A stretch of 64,000 nucleotides of DNA, taken from positions 204,337 through 268,336 of the forward strand of contig OZ253581.1 of NCBI GenBank assembly GCA_965263055.1, in the 5' to 3' direction. The position numbers and the translations under genes are program-made. The stretch's first letter is position 1, and each line of letters starts with the position of its first letter. The DNA comes from Vicinamibacterales bacterium (GTDB lineage Bacteria > Acidobacteriota > Vicinamibacteria > Vicinamibacterales > UBA8438). Shown piece after piece: positions 42,801 to 51,639 of this stretch. The notes under the pieces were generated by a model, which saw only the letters and a list, made by a program, of their open reading frames with translations, was not told the origin of the DNA and did not search any database.

Positions 42801-45800
42801 GACGCCGCCGACACGTACGGCGCATCCGGCGTATCCGGCGCCTCGGTGTCGTCGTCCGTGACGTTGATGGTTACCGCGATGGTGTCGGTGCCGTCGGCAC
42901 TGTCGTCGGCCTTCACCGTCACCGAGTAGGAATTCTGCGGCGCCTCGTGGTCGTAGGTCACCCCTGTCACGGTCCGGATCTGGCCCGACGTCTCGACGAT
43001 GGTGAACGAACCCGCGTCCGTCCCCTCCAGGCTGTAGGTCAGCGTGTCGCCGCTGTCGGCGTCGGTCGCCGTCACCGCCGCGCCGACATCGGTGCCTGCC
43101 GGGCTGTTCTCCGGCACCGTGCGCGTCGCCATCGTCTCGGCGAACAGCGGGGCGTTGTTGTCGGGCGACCACAGATGCAGCGTCACCAGTGTCTCGGACG
43201 ACCAGTCCAGGCCGGTGCTGGACCATAGGTAGGACTTGCTTCCAGGGAAATAGGTCGCATCGCTGAACGCGAACGAGGTGGCGCCGACACGCAGGACTAG
43301 CTTGTCTCTGGCGGCGTCGGTGAGGGCGGCGTTCAGATTGAAGCCAAGTGCCATCGAATCTGAGACGTGCACCGAAGTGATCGTGTATCTCGTGGTTCCG
43401 TAGTCGAATTCGGTGTCGGACAAGCCGCCTATCGTGTTAAGGAATCCATCCCCGTCGCCCAACTCCCCCACCGTGACGACCCCGCACCAGAGGTCGCCGG
43501 TGTTCAGCGTGCAGGTCGAGGGCGCCGCGTTGACGGCAAAGACCTCCAGCGGCAGGCCGGAGGATTTCTCCAAGGCGTAGCCCCGATGCTCCGAGGGCAG
43601 CCCCGGCAGCGTCCCGATGTCCGCCGTGACGGCGAAGACCCCGATCCGGGTCACCGACACCGAGTCGCTGTGGACCATGCCGGCGGGAATCGTGAGCGTG
43701 GTGGCCCCGCCGTCGATCTCGCCGTTGACGACGCTTACGGGCAACGTGAGGGCGAACGGCGCGGCCGTGGGAGCGACCGCCCTGAACCGGCCCGGCTCCG
43801 CCGGCTCCAGGGATACCGCCACCGGCAGGGGAGAGCCTGGGTTGCCGTCCAGACGGAGGATCTCCAGCGACGTCAGGCCGGAGAAAACGCCCGCCTGCAG
43901 GTTGCTCAGGGAGTTCTCGCTCAGGTCGAGGGTCTCGAGCGCGATGAGGTCGTCGAAAACGCCCGCCGGCAGGTTGCTCAGGGAGTTCTCGCCCAGGAAG
44001 AGGGACTCGAGCGCGGTGAGGCCGTCGAAAACGCCCGCCTGCAGGTTGCTCAGGGAGTTGTTGCCCAGGAAGAGGGACTCGAGCGCGGTGAGGCCGTCGA
44101 AAACGCCCGCCGGCAGGTTGCTCAGGGAGTTGTCGTTCAGGAGGAGGGTCTCGAGCGCGGTGAGGGCGTCGAAAACGCCCGCCGGCAGGTTGCCCAGGGA
44201 GTTGTAGCTCAGGAGGAGGGTCTCGAGCGCGGTGAGGGCGTCGAAAACGCCCGCCGGCAGGTCGTTCAGGAAGTTGTTGCTCAGGTAGAGGGTCTCGAGC
44301 GCGATGAGGTCGTCGAAAACGCCCGCCGGCAGGTTGTTCAGGGAGTTGCCGTCCAGGGAGAGTTCCGTGAGCGCGGTGAGGGTGTCGAAAACGCCCGCCT
44401 GCAGGTCGCTCAGGGAGTTGTTGCCCAGGTAGAGGGTCTCGAGCGCGGTGAGGGTGTCGAAAACGCTCGCCGGCAGGTTGCTCAGGGAGTTGTCGTTCAG
44501 GTTGAGGGTCTCGAGCGCGGTCCGTCGAAGTCGCCCGCCTGCAGCGACGAGATGCCCGTGGAATCCAAATCCAATCCCGTGATTGCCGCCAGATGCGCAG
44601 CCGTCACCCCGCCGCAGGTGCTCACCCCCGACACTTGGGCCACGATGGCGTCGCGCACCTGCTCGGTGCGGTCGCAGAACGGCGCGGCGGCAAAGACCTC
44701 CAGCGGCAGGCCGGAGGATTTCTCCAAGGCGTAGCCCCGATGCCCCGAGGGCAGCCCCGGCAGCGTCCCGATGTCCGCCGTGACGGCGAAGCCCCCGATC
44801 CGGGTCACCGACACCGAGTCGCTGTGGACCATGCCGGCGGGAATCGTGAGCGTGGTGGCCCCGCCGTCGATCTCGCCGTTGACGACGCTTACGGGCAACG
44901 TGAGGGCGAACGGCGCGGCCGTGGGAGCGACCGCCCTGAACCGGCCCGGCTCCGCCGGCTCCAGGGATACCGCAACCGGCAGGGGAGAGACTGGGTTGCC
45001 GTCCAGACGAAGGGTCTCCAGCGACGTCAGGCCGGAGAAAACGCCCGCCGGCAGGCTGCTCAGGGAGTTGTTGTTCAGGGAGAGTTCCGTGAGCGCGGTG
45101 AGGCCGTCGAAAACGACCGCCGGCAGGTCGCTCAGGGAGTTGTTGCCCAGGTAGAGGGTCTCGAGCGCGATGAGGTCGTCGAAAACGCCCGCCGGCAGGT
45201 TGCTCAGGGAGTTGTTGTTCAGGTAGAGGGTCTGTAGCGCGGTGAGGCCGTCGAAAACGCTCGCCGGCAGGTTGCTCAGGGAGTTGCTGTCCAGGGAGAG
45301 TTCCGTGAGCGCGGTGAGGGTGTCGAAAACGCCCGCCGGCAGGTTGCTCAGGGAGTTGCTGCCCAGGTCGAGGGCCTGTAGCGCGGTGAGGCCGTCGAAA
45401 ACGCCCGCCCGCAGGTCGCTCAGGGAGTTGTTGTTCAGGTAGAGGAACTGTAGCGCGGTGAGGGCGTCGAAAACGACCGCCGGCAGGTCGCTCAGGGAGT
45501 TGCTGCGCAGGTCGAGGTACGTGAGCGCGGTGAGGCCGGAGAAGTCGCCCGCCTGCAGCGACGTGATGCCGGCAAATCCCAAATCCAAAGACGTGATTGC
45601 CGCCAGATGCGCAGTCGTCACCCCGCCGCAGGTGCTCACCCCCGACACTTGGGCCACGATGGCGTCGCGCACCTGCTCGGTGCGGTCGCAGAACGGCCCG
45701 GCGGCAAAGACCTCCAGCGGCAGGCCGGAGGATTTCTCCAAGGCGTAGCCCCGATGCCCCGAGGGCAACCCCGGCAGCGTCCCGATGTCCGCCGTGACGG

Positions 45801-46935
45801 CGAAGCCCCCGATCCGGGTCACCGACACCGAGTCGCTGTGGACCATGCCGGCGGGAATCGTGAGCGTGGTGGCCCCGCCGTCGATCTCGCCGTTGACGAC
45901 GCTTACGGGCAACGTGAGGGCGAACGGCGCGGCCGTGGGAGCGACCGCCCTGAACCGGCCCGGCTCCGCCGGCTCCAGGGATACCGCAACCGGCAGGGGA
46001 GAGACTGGGTTGCCGTCCAGACGAAGGCTCTCCAGCGGCGTCAGGCCGGAGAAAACGCCCGCCGGCAGGCTGCTCAGGGAGTTGTTGTTCAGGGAGAGTT
46101 CCGTGAGCGCGGTCAGGCCGGAGAAAACGCCCGCCGGCAGGTCGCTCAGGGAGTTGTTGCCCAAGGAGAGGGTCTCGAGCGCGGTGAGGCCGTCGAAAAC
46201 GCTCGCCGGCAGGTTGCTCAGGGAGTTGTTGCCCAAGGAGAGGGTCTCGAGCGCGGTGAGGGCGTCGAAAACGCTCGCCGGCAGGTCGCTCAGGGAGTTG
46301 CTGGTCAGGTTGAGGGTCTCGAGCGCGGTGAGGGCGTCGAAAACGCTCGCCGGCAGGTTGCTCAGGGAGTTGTTGCCCAGGTAGAGGGTCTGTAGTGCGG
46401 TGAGGGCGTCGAAAACGCTCGCCGGCAGGTTGCGCAGGGAGTTGTTGCCCAGGTCGAGGGTCTCGAGCGCGGTGAGGCCGTCGAAAACGACCGCCGGCAG
46501 GTTGCGCAGGGAGTTGCTGCCCAGGTCGAGGTACGTGAGCGCGGTGAGGCCGGAGAAGTCGCCCGCCTGCAGCGACGTGAAGCCGGCAGATCCCAAACCC
46601 AAATACGTGATTGCCGCCAGATGCGCAGCCGTCACGTTGGCGCAGGCGCTGACCCCGGGCACCGCCGCCACGATGGCGTCGCGCACCTGCTCGGTGCGGT
46701 CGCAGACCGGCGGGGTCTGCGCCTCGGCGGTCGAGGGGAGGGCGAGCGCGCCGAAGAGCGCGAGGCACGCCGCGGCGGCCAGCCCCCGGGCGAAGCCAAC
46801 GAGCCCGCGGCCCCCGGCGGCGGATGCGGTCTGAGAAGAGGGACGGCCGCCCCGGCGGGGCGGCAGGCGGTCAGGCGGGGATGGCGGGCGGTTGTGCTCC
46901 CGCGCCCGCAAGGCGACCGCTCCGATTGTTCTCAT
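33833..46935 (-). CDS. Giant (~4370 aa) surface adhesin: 3 LRR modules, cadherin, FN3, Calx-beta and Ig-like repeats, C-terminal autotransporter-like barrel; frameshifted at ~44521
   Basis: Extended signal peptide (GGAAGGGG RBS, cleavage AEA-Q); 24-aa LRRs; ENS..VG..VTATDAD..YDHE cadherins; SLxVxW..Y.VQVRA FN3; LAFAVTL..VDYATADG..DDAHDEGEE Calx-beta; ends in W; 4-bp deletion relative to sister repeats. Confidence 0.9.
38090..39140. repeat. Near-identical 612-bp-period cadherin+FN3 tandem duplication (another pair at ~39340-40230)
   Basis: CTCGTCCTCGTCCGTGACGGTGATCTCCACG at ~38102 and ~38714; second pair at ~39360 and ~39972. Confidence 0.85.
43535..46620. repeat. Three near-identical LRR-module duplications built from 72-bp cassettes (7, 7 and 9 full repeats)
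   Basis: Recurrent GAAAACGCCCGCCGGCAGGTTGCTCAGGGAGTTG; ~300-bp linker domain repeated at ~43540, ~44690 and ~45705. Confidence 0.9.
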
Positions 46936-47098
46936 CGTCGTCCCCTTCCGATTTCAGCCGCGCTCCATGACACCGTCGTCTCGAAATTCGTCGAGGTGTC
47001 GAACAACACTGACCGCCGAGCGTCCGTCCGGAACGTCGAACGCGCCCACTCACCAAGGGCCCGGCCTTGACCATTGGCATGTGCTCTCCGTCCACTGA

Positions 47099-47132
47099 TT
47101 AGCTCGCGATAGTTGTAGTTATCGCGAGCTAA
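47099..47132 (+). other. lox-like recombination site L (13-8-13)
   Basis: TTAGCTCGCGATA-GTTGTAGT-TATCGCGAGCTAA, perfect 13-bp inverted arms. Confidence 0.92.
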
Positions 47133-47167
47133 CGGTCTGGCTGTATGTCATTTGAACGGTGGTACTT

Positions 47168-48151
47168 ATGCAGTTTTCACCCCAAGACGTGTCCGAGCGT
47201 CGCGACCCGGCCACTCAGAAGTCACACAACGGCGAGCGCCTTGCCACCTATCTGGAGGACGCCCACGGCGCCCTCAGCGGGAATACCGTGCGGGCGGTGA
47301 GCGCGGACCTGGAACGGTTCACGGCGTGGTGCGCGGAGCGGGGGCTTTCGCCGCTGCCCGCGCGCGCGGCCACGGTGGTGGCGTACATCGAGGCGATGGC
47401 GAGCGGCCGTGCGCCGGCCACCGTGCGCCGCTACGTCTCGAGCGTCGCCACCGTGCACAAGGCGGCCGGGGAACACAGCCCGCTCGAGCACATAACCGTG
47501 CGGCGGGCCCTAAAACGCATGCATCGGCAGAGGGGGTGCCGGCAGACGCAGGTGCAGGGGCTGACCTGGGCGCTCCGCCGGCGCCTCGTGGAGGCCGCCG
47601 GCCACCGACTGATCGACGTGCGGAACCGCGCGATCCTGGCTGTGGCCTACGACGCCATGCTCCGCCGCTCCGAGCTGGTCGCGCTGCACGTCGTTGATGT
47701 GACGACAGAACGGGACGGATCGGCCTCGCTCCTCGTGCGCCGCGCGAAGACCGATCCGGAGGGCGGCGGCGCGATGCTGTACCTGCACCGCGACAGCGTG
47801 ACGCTGCTACGCGGGTGGCTGAGCGCGAGCGGGATCGCCAGCGGGCCGCTCTTCCGTTCCCTCCGCAAGGACGGCACGGTGGGCGGGAGGCTCCATGCGA
47901 GCCAGGTGCCGCGCCTCTACAAGGCGATGGCCGAACGCGCCGGGCTGCCGGCGGAGATGGTGCGGCGCCTCTCGGGGCACAGTCCCCGGGTGGGCGCGGC
48001 GCAGGACATGATCGCCTCGGGGATCGGGATCCCGGCGATCATGCAGGCCGGGCGCTGGAAGAGCGCCGCGATGGTGCAGCGCTACGGCGAGCGGCTCCTC
48101 GCCAAGCGGAATGGCGCCGCCCAGCTGGCACGGCTTCAGAAACGCAGATGA
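47168..48151 (+). CDS. Cre-like tyrosine site-specific recombinase
   Basis: N-terminal SAM-like domain (SGNTVRAV..FTAWC, APATVRRYVSSV); catalytic RRSE, AKTD, HSPR and Cre-type Trp/Tyr in AGRWKSAAMVQRY; ATG 47168 (alternative GTG 47159). Confidence 0.9.
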   Translation: MQFSPQDVSERRDPATQKSHNGERLATYLEDAHGALSGNTVRAVSADLERFTAWCAERGLSPLPARAATVVAYIEAMASGRAPATVRRYVSSVATVHKAAGEHSPLEHITVRRALKRMHRQRGCRQTQVQGLTWALRRRLVEAAGHRLIDVRNRAILAVAYDAMLRRSELVALHVVDVTTERDGSASLLVRRAKTDPEGGGAMLYLHRDSVTLLRGWLSASGIASGPLFRSLRKDGTVGGRLHASQVPRLYKAMAERAGLPAEMVRRLSGHSPRVGAAQDMIASGIGIPAIMQAGRWKSAAMVQRYGERLLAKRNGAAQLARLQKRR

Positions 48152-48171
48152 GCCCCGAAGACCCCGCCGGG

Positions 48172-48200
48172 TTGCCTTGGGTCTCCGGTCACGATATTGT
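48172..48200 (+). promoter_or_regulatory. Putative sigma70 promoter inside the invertible segment, pointing outward through site R
   Basis: TTGCCT (48172-48177), 17-bp spacer, TATTGT (48195-48200). Confidence 0.55.
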
Positions 48201-48206
48201 TTGCCG

Positions 48207-48240
48207 ATAGCTCGCGATAACTACAACTATCGCGAGCTAT
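48207..48240 (-). other. lox-like recombination site R (13-8-13), inverted relative to L
   Basis: ATAGCTCGCGATA-ACTACAAC-TATCGCGAGCTAT; spacer is the exact reverse complement of the L spacer. Confidence 0.92.
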
Positions 48241-48301
48241 CTGGAACATTAAGCGATCTGTTGTGAGCGTATTGTGACTGCACGGGCGAGTTTCATGTCC
48301 C

Positions 48302-50734
48302 GTGCGTGACTTTTCGTCCGAAGCGCGCTATCCTCCACTCTCCCCTGCGGCGCGGCAGCACCCACCCGGGCGCCTTCGGCCGGCTTCGGGCACCCCGTCG
48401 GCGGGAGTGGGAGCATTGAACGGTCGAGACCCGACCAGGCTGTCCGATGAGCGCATCTCCCGCCTGAGCGCGGCGATTCTCCGCATCAGCCAGAGCCTCG
48501 AGCTGGCCACCGTGCTGGAGGAGGTCGTCGAGAGCGCCCGCGCGCTGACCGGCGCCCGCTCCGGCGTGATCACGACGCTCGACGAGCGGGGAGCGATCGA
48601 GGACTTCGTCACCTCCGGCCTTCCTCCCGAGGCGTGCCGGCAGATGGTCGCGTGGCCCGACGGGGCGCGACTCTTCGCACACCTGCGGGACCAGCCGACG
48701 CCGCTCCGGGTGGCGGACCTGCCCGGCTACCTGCGATCGCTCGGCCTCTCCCCGAACCCCTTGAGCTCGAAGACGCTGCAGGGGACCCCGCTGCGCTATC
48801 GGGGCGAGCATCTCGGCAACTTCTTTCTCAGCGACAAGGACGACGGCGAGGCGTTCACGGGTGAGGACGAGGAGATCCTGGTGCTGTTCGCCTCGCAGGC
48901 GGCGACGGCCGTGGCCAACGCGCGCACGTACCGCGACGTCGAGCGGGCGCGGGCCGGCCTCGCGGCGCTCATCGAGACCTCGCCGGTCGGCGTCGCGGTG
49001 TTCGACGCCGCCACCGGCCATCCGGTCTCGTTCAACCGCGAGGCGCGGCGCATCGTCGAGGGGCTCCGCACCCCCGGCCGCCCACCGGAGCAGCTGCTCG
49101 AGGTGATCACGTGCCGGCACGCGGACGGGCGGGAGTTCTCCCTCGAGGCGCTGCCCCTGGCCCGGCAGCTCGAGGGTGCCACGACGATGCGGGCCGAGGA
49201 GGTCGAGCTGTCGGTGCCCGACGGCCGGAGCGTCCGGACGCTCCTCAACGTCACGCCCATCCGTGCGGAGGGCGGAGAGGTCGTCTCGGTCGTCGTCACC
49301 CTGCAGGACCTGGCGCCGCTCGAGGAGCTGGAGCGGCAGCGGGCGGAGTTCCTCGGGATGGTGAGCCACGAGCTCCGCGCCCCCCTGACCTCGATCAAGG
49401 GCTCGACGGCGACCGTGCTGGGCGCCGTGCCGGTCCCGCCCCAGGCCGAGATGCTCCAGTTCTTCCGCATCATCGACGGGCAGGCCGACCACATGCGCGG
49501 CCTGATCGCGAACCTCCTGGACGCGGGGAGCATCAAGGCGGGCACACTCACGGTGGCGCCCGAGCCCTCGAACGTCGCCACGCTGGTGGACCGGGCCCGC
49601 AACACCTTCTTGAGCGGCGGAGGCCGGCACGCCGTCCTCCTCGACCTCCCGCCGGACCTGCCCCGGGCGATGGCCGACCGCGAGCGCATCGTGCAGGTGC
49701 TGAACAACCTCTTCGCGAACGCGGCCCGCCACGCGCCGCCCTCGTCCCCGATCCGGGTCGAGGCGGCGTGCGCGGGCCGCGACATCGTGCTCTCGGTTTC
49801 GGACGAGGGCCGGGGGATCCTGCCCGACCGGCTCCCGCATCTCTTCCGCAAGCGCGCCGGCCCCGCCGGAGGCACCGGGCTCGGCCTCGCCATCTGCAAG
49901 GGCCTCGTGGAGGCGCACGGCGGCCGTATCCGCGCCGAGAGCGGGGGGACGGGCCAGGGCGCGCGCTTCACCTTCACCCTTCCCGTGGCCGGGGCGGCCG
50001 TTCCCGAGGCGGCCCCGCCCAGCGGCCGGCCGCGCCCGCCCGGGGAGCGGGCGGAGAAGACACGCGTCCTCGTGGTGGACGACGACCCGCAGACGCTCCG
50101 CTACGTGCGGGACGTCCTCTCCCAGGCGGGCTACGCCCCGCTCGTCACGGGCGATCCGGACGGACTCCCCAGCGTCATCCGCGCCGAACAGCCCCGCCTC
50201 GTCCTCCTCGACCTCATGCTCCCCGGCACGGACGGGATCGAACTGATGAAGCGGGTCCCGGAACTCGCCGATCTCCCGGTCATCTTCATCTCCGGCTACG
50301 GCCGGGACGAGACGATCGCCAAGGCGCTCGAGAGCGGCGCGGCCGACTACATCGTCAAGCCGTTCTCGCCGACCGAACTCGTGGCGCGGGTCCAGGCGGC
50401 GCTCCGGAGCCGGGCCGCGCCCGAGACCGTCGTGCACGGGGACCTCGCCGTCGAGTACGGCCGGCGCCGGGTGAGCGTGGCCGGCCGCGCGGTCGCGCTC
50501 ACGGCCACGGAATTCGAACTGCTGCGCGTCCTCTCGGTCAACGGGGGACGGGTAGTGACGACGGCGGCGCTCCTCCGCCAGGTGTGGGGGCGCCGGGGCG
50601 TGGACGACACCGATCGCGTGCGCACCGTCGTGAAGAAGCTCCGGGCAAAGCTCGGCGACGACGCGGCCAAGCCGACCTACATCTTTACCGAGCACGGGGT
50701 CGGCTACCGCCTGGCGACCCCGAGCGGGGCGTAG
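48302..50734 (+). CDS. Hybrid sensor kinase-response regulator (GAF-PAS-HisKA-HATPase-REC-OmpR wHTH)
   Basis: SHELRAPLTSIKG, NLFANAARH, GTGLGLAI, VVDDD, LLDLMLP, DYIVKPF, LTATEFELL, HGVGYR; true start may be TTG 48416. Confidence 0.92.
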   Translation: MRDFSSEARYPPLSPAARQHPPGRLRPASGTPSAGVGALNGRDPTRLSDERISRLSAAILRISQSLELATVLEEVVESARALTGARSGVITTLDERGAIEDFVTSGLPPEACRQMVAWPDGARLFAHLRDQPTPLRVADLPGYLRSLGLSPNPLSSKTLQGTPLRYRGEHLGNFFLSDKDDGEAFTGEDEEILVLFASQAATAVANARTYRDVERARAGLAALIETSPVGVAVFDAATGHPVSFNREARRIVEGLRTPGRPPEQLLEVITCRHADGREFSLEALPLARQLEGATTMRAEEVELSVPDGRSVRTLLNVTPIRAEGGEVVSVVVTLQDLAPLEELERQRAEFLGMVSHELRAPLTSIKGSTATVLGAVPVPPQAEMLQFFRIIDGQADHMRGLIANLLDAGSIKAGTLTVAPEPSNVATLVDRARNTFLSGGGRHAVLLDLPPDLPRAMADRERIVQVLNNLFANAARHAPPSSPIRVEAACAGRDIVLSVSDEGRGILPDRLPHLFRKRAGPAGGTGLGLAICKGLVEAHGGRIRAESGGTGQGARFTFTLPVAGAAVPEAAPPSGRPRPPGERAEKTRVLVVDDDPQTLRYVRDVLSQAGYAPLVTGDPDGLPSVIRAEQPRLVLLDLMLPGTDGIELMKRVPELADLPVIFISGYGRDETIAKALESGAADYIVKPFSPTELVARVQAALRSRAAPETVVHGDLAVEYGRRRVSVAGRAVALTATEFELLRVLSVNGGRVVTTAALLRQVWGRRGVDDTDRVRTVVKKLRAKLGDDAAKPTYIFTEHGVGYRLATPSGA

Positions 50735-50755
50735 TATGGTGAACCACCTTCTGCC

Positions 50756-51637
50756 ATGATGTCCGAACGTCGAAGTACTGTCACGCGCGCCGCCGTTGAC
50801 CGCCTTGGCGCGGCGGTGCTCGCGGTAGCGGTGGCCGCGACCGCCGTTGCCGCGGCATCGCGGAGCCCGGGGGCGTCGCCGGAACGCACGGCGGAGCAGG
50901 CGCCTGCCGCCGCACCCGCCGACGGGTCCCTCAAGCCGGTCGTCGTGGAGCTGTTCACCTCCGAGGGGTGCTCGAGCTGCCCCCCGGCCGACGCGGTGTT
51001 GCGCACCCTCGAACGGAACCAGCCCGTCGCAGGCGTACTCGTCGTGCCGCTCGGCGAGCACGTCGACTACTGGAACCGGCTGGGCTGGCGCGACCCGTTC
51101 TCGTCACCGCGCTTCAGCGCGCGGCAGCGGACCTACGCCGACGCCCTCGATATTCCAGGCCTCTTCACCCCGATGCTCGTCGTCGACGGGCGATTCGTGG
51201 TCATCGGCAGCGAGTCCGACGACGTGCGGCGGGCGATCGTCGAAGCCGCCACGGCCCCGAAGACGCCGGTGGCGGTCCAGATAGCTGGACAGGCAACCAG
51301 CCGGGTCGTCGAGGTGACGGCGACGGTCGGGCCGGCCGAGCCCCAACACCGCGAGGCCGAGACGGGGGTCTGGCTGGCCATCACCGAGACCGGGCTGGCG
51401 ACCGACGTCATGGGCGGCGAGAACCTGTTCCGCCGGCTCCGGCACACCGGCGTGGTCCGCCACCTGGAGCGGTTGGACACCGGCACCATCCCGCTGAACG
51501 GGAACGCACCCTGGCGTCTCACCAAGCGGTTGGACATCGAGCCGGACTGGGAGCGCTCGAACCTGCGCGCCGTCGTCTTTCTGCAGGACTCCGGCACCGC
51601 GGCCATCCTCGGCGCCGCTACCGCACCCGTTCACTGA
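50756..51637 (+). CDS. DUF1223 thioredoxin-like secreted protein
   Basis: VELFTSEGCSSCPPAD, HVDYWNRLGWRDPF, GGEN..LRH..VVR. Confidence 0.85.
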   Translation: MMSERRSTVTRAAVDRLGAAVLAVAVAATAVAAASRSPGASPERTAEQAPAAAPADGSLKPVVVELFTSEGCSSCPPADAVLRTLERNQPVAGVLVVPLGEHVDYWNRLGWRDPFSSPRFSARQRTYADALDIPGLFTPMLVVDGRFVVIGSESDDVRRAIVEAATAPKTPVAVQIAGQATSRVVEVTATVGPAEPQHREAETGVWLAITETGLATDVMGGENLFRRLRHTGVVRHLERLDTGTIPLNGNAPWRLTKRLDIEPDWERSNLRAVVFLQDSGTAAILGAATAPVH

Positions 51638-51639
51638 AA

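Noticed and set aside
33708-44734. Long alternative-frame and antisense ORFs (936, 632, 1033, 840, 648 aa and others)
   Set aside because: High-GC shadow frames of the adhesin; the same applies to 48293-51061, 53115-54620 and 58799-61621.
43860-46560. Regular 72-bp repeats as a CRISPR array
   Set aside because: They are coding LRR cassettes with no unique spacers and no cas genes.
43860-46620. Diversity-generating retroelement behind the LRR variation
   Set aside because: No reverse transcriptase or template repeat in the window, and the variation is not evidently adenine-specific.
44522-46768. Arg/Pro/Gly-rich N-terminal ~750 aa of the 4311-aa ORF-track protein
   Set aside because: Out-of-frame shadow of the LRR region; the real N-terminus is ORF 44497-46935.
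47067-47098. TTGACC as the -35 of a recombinase promoter outside site L
   Set aside because: No convincing -10 at 16-18 bp spacing; left unassigned.
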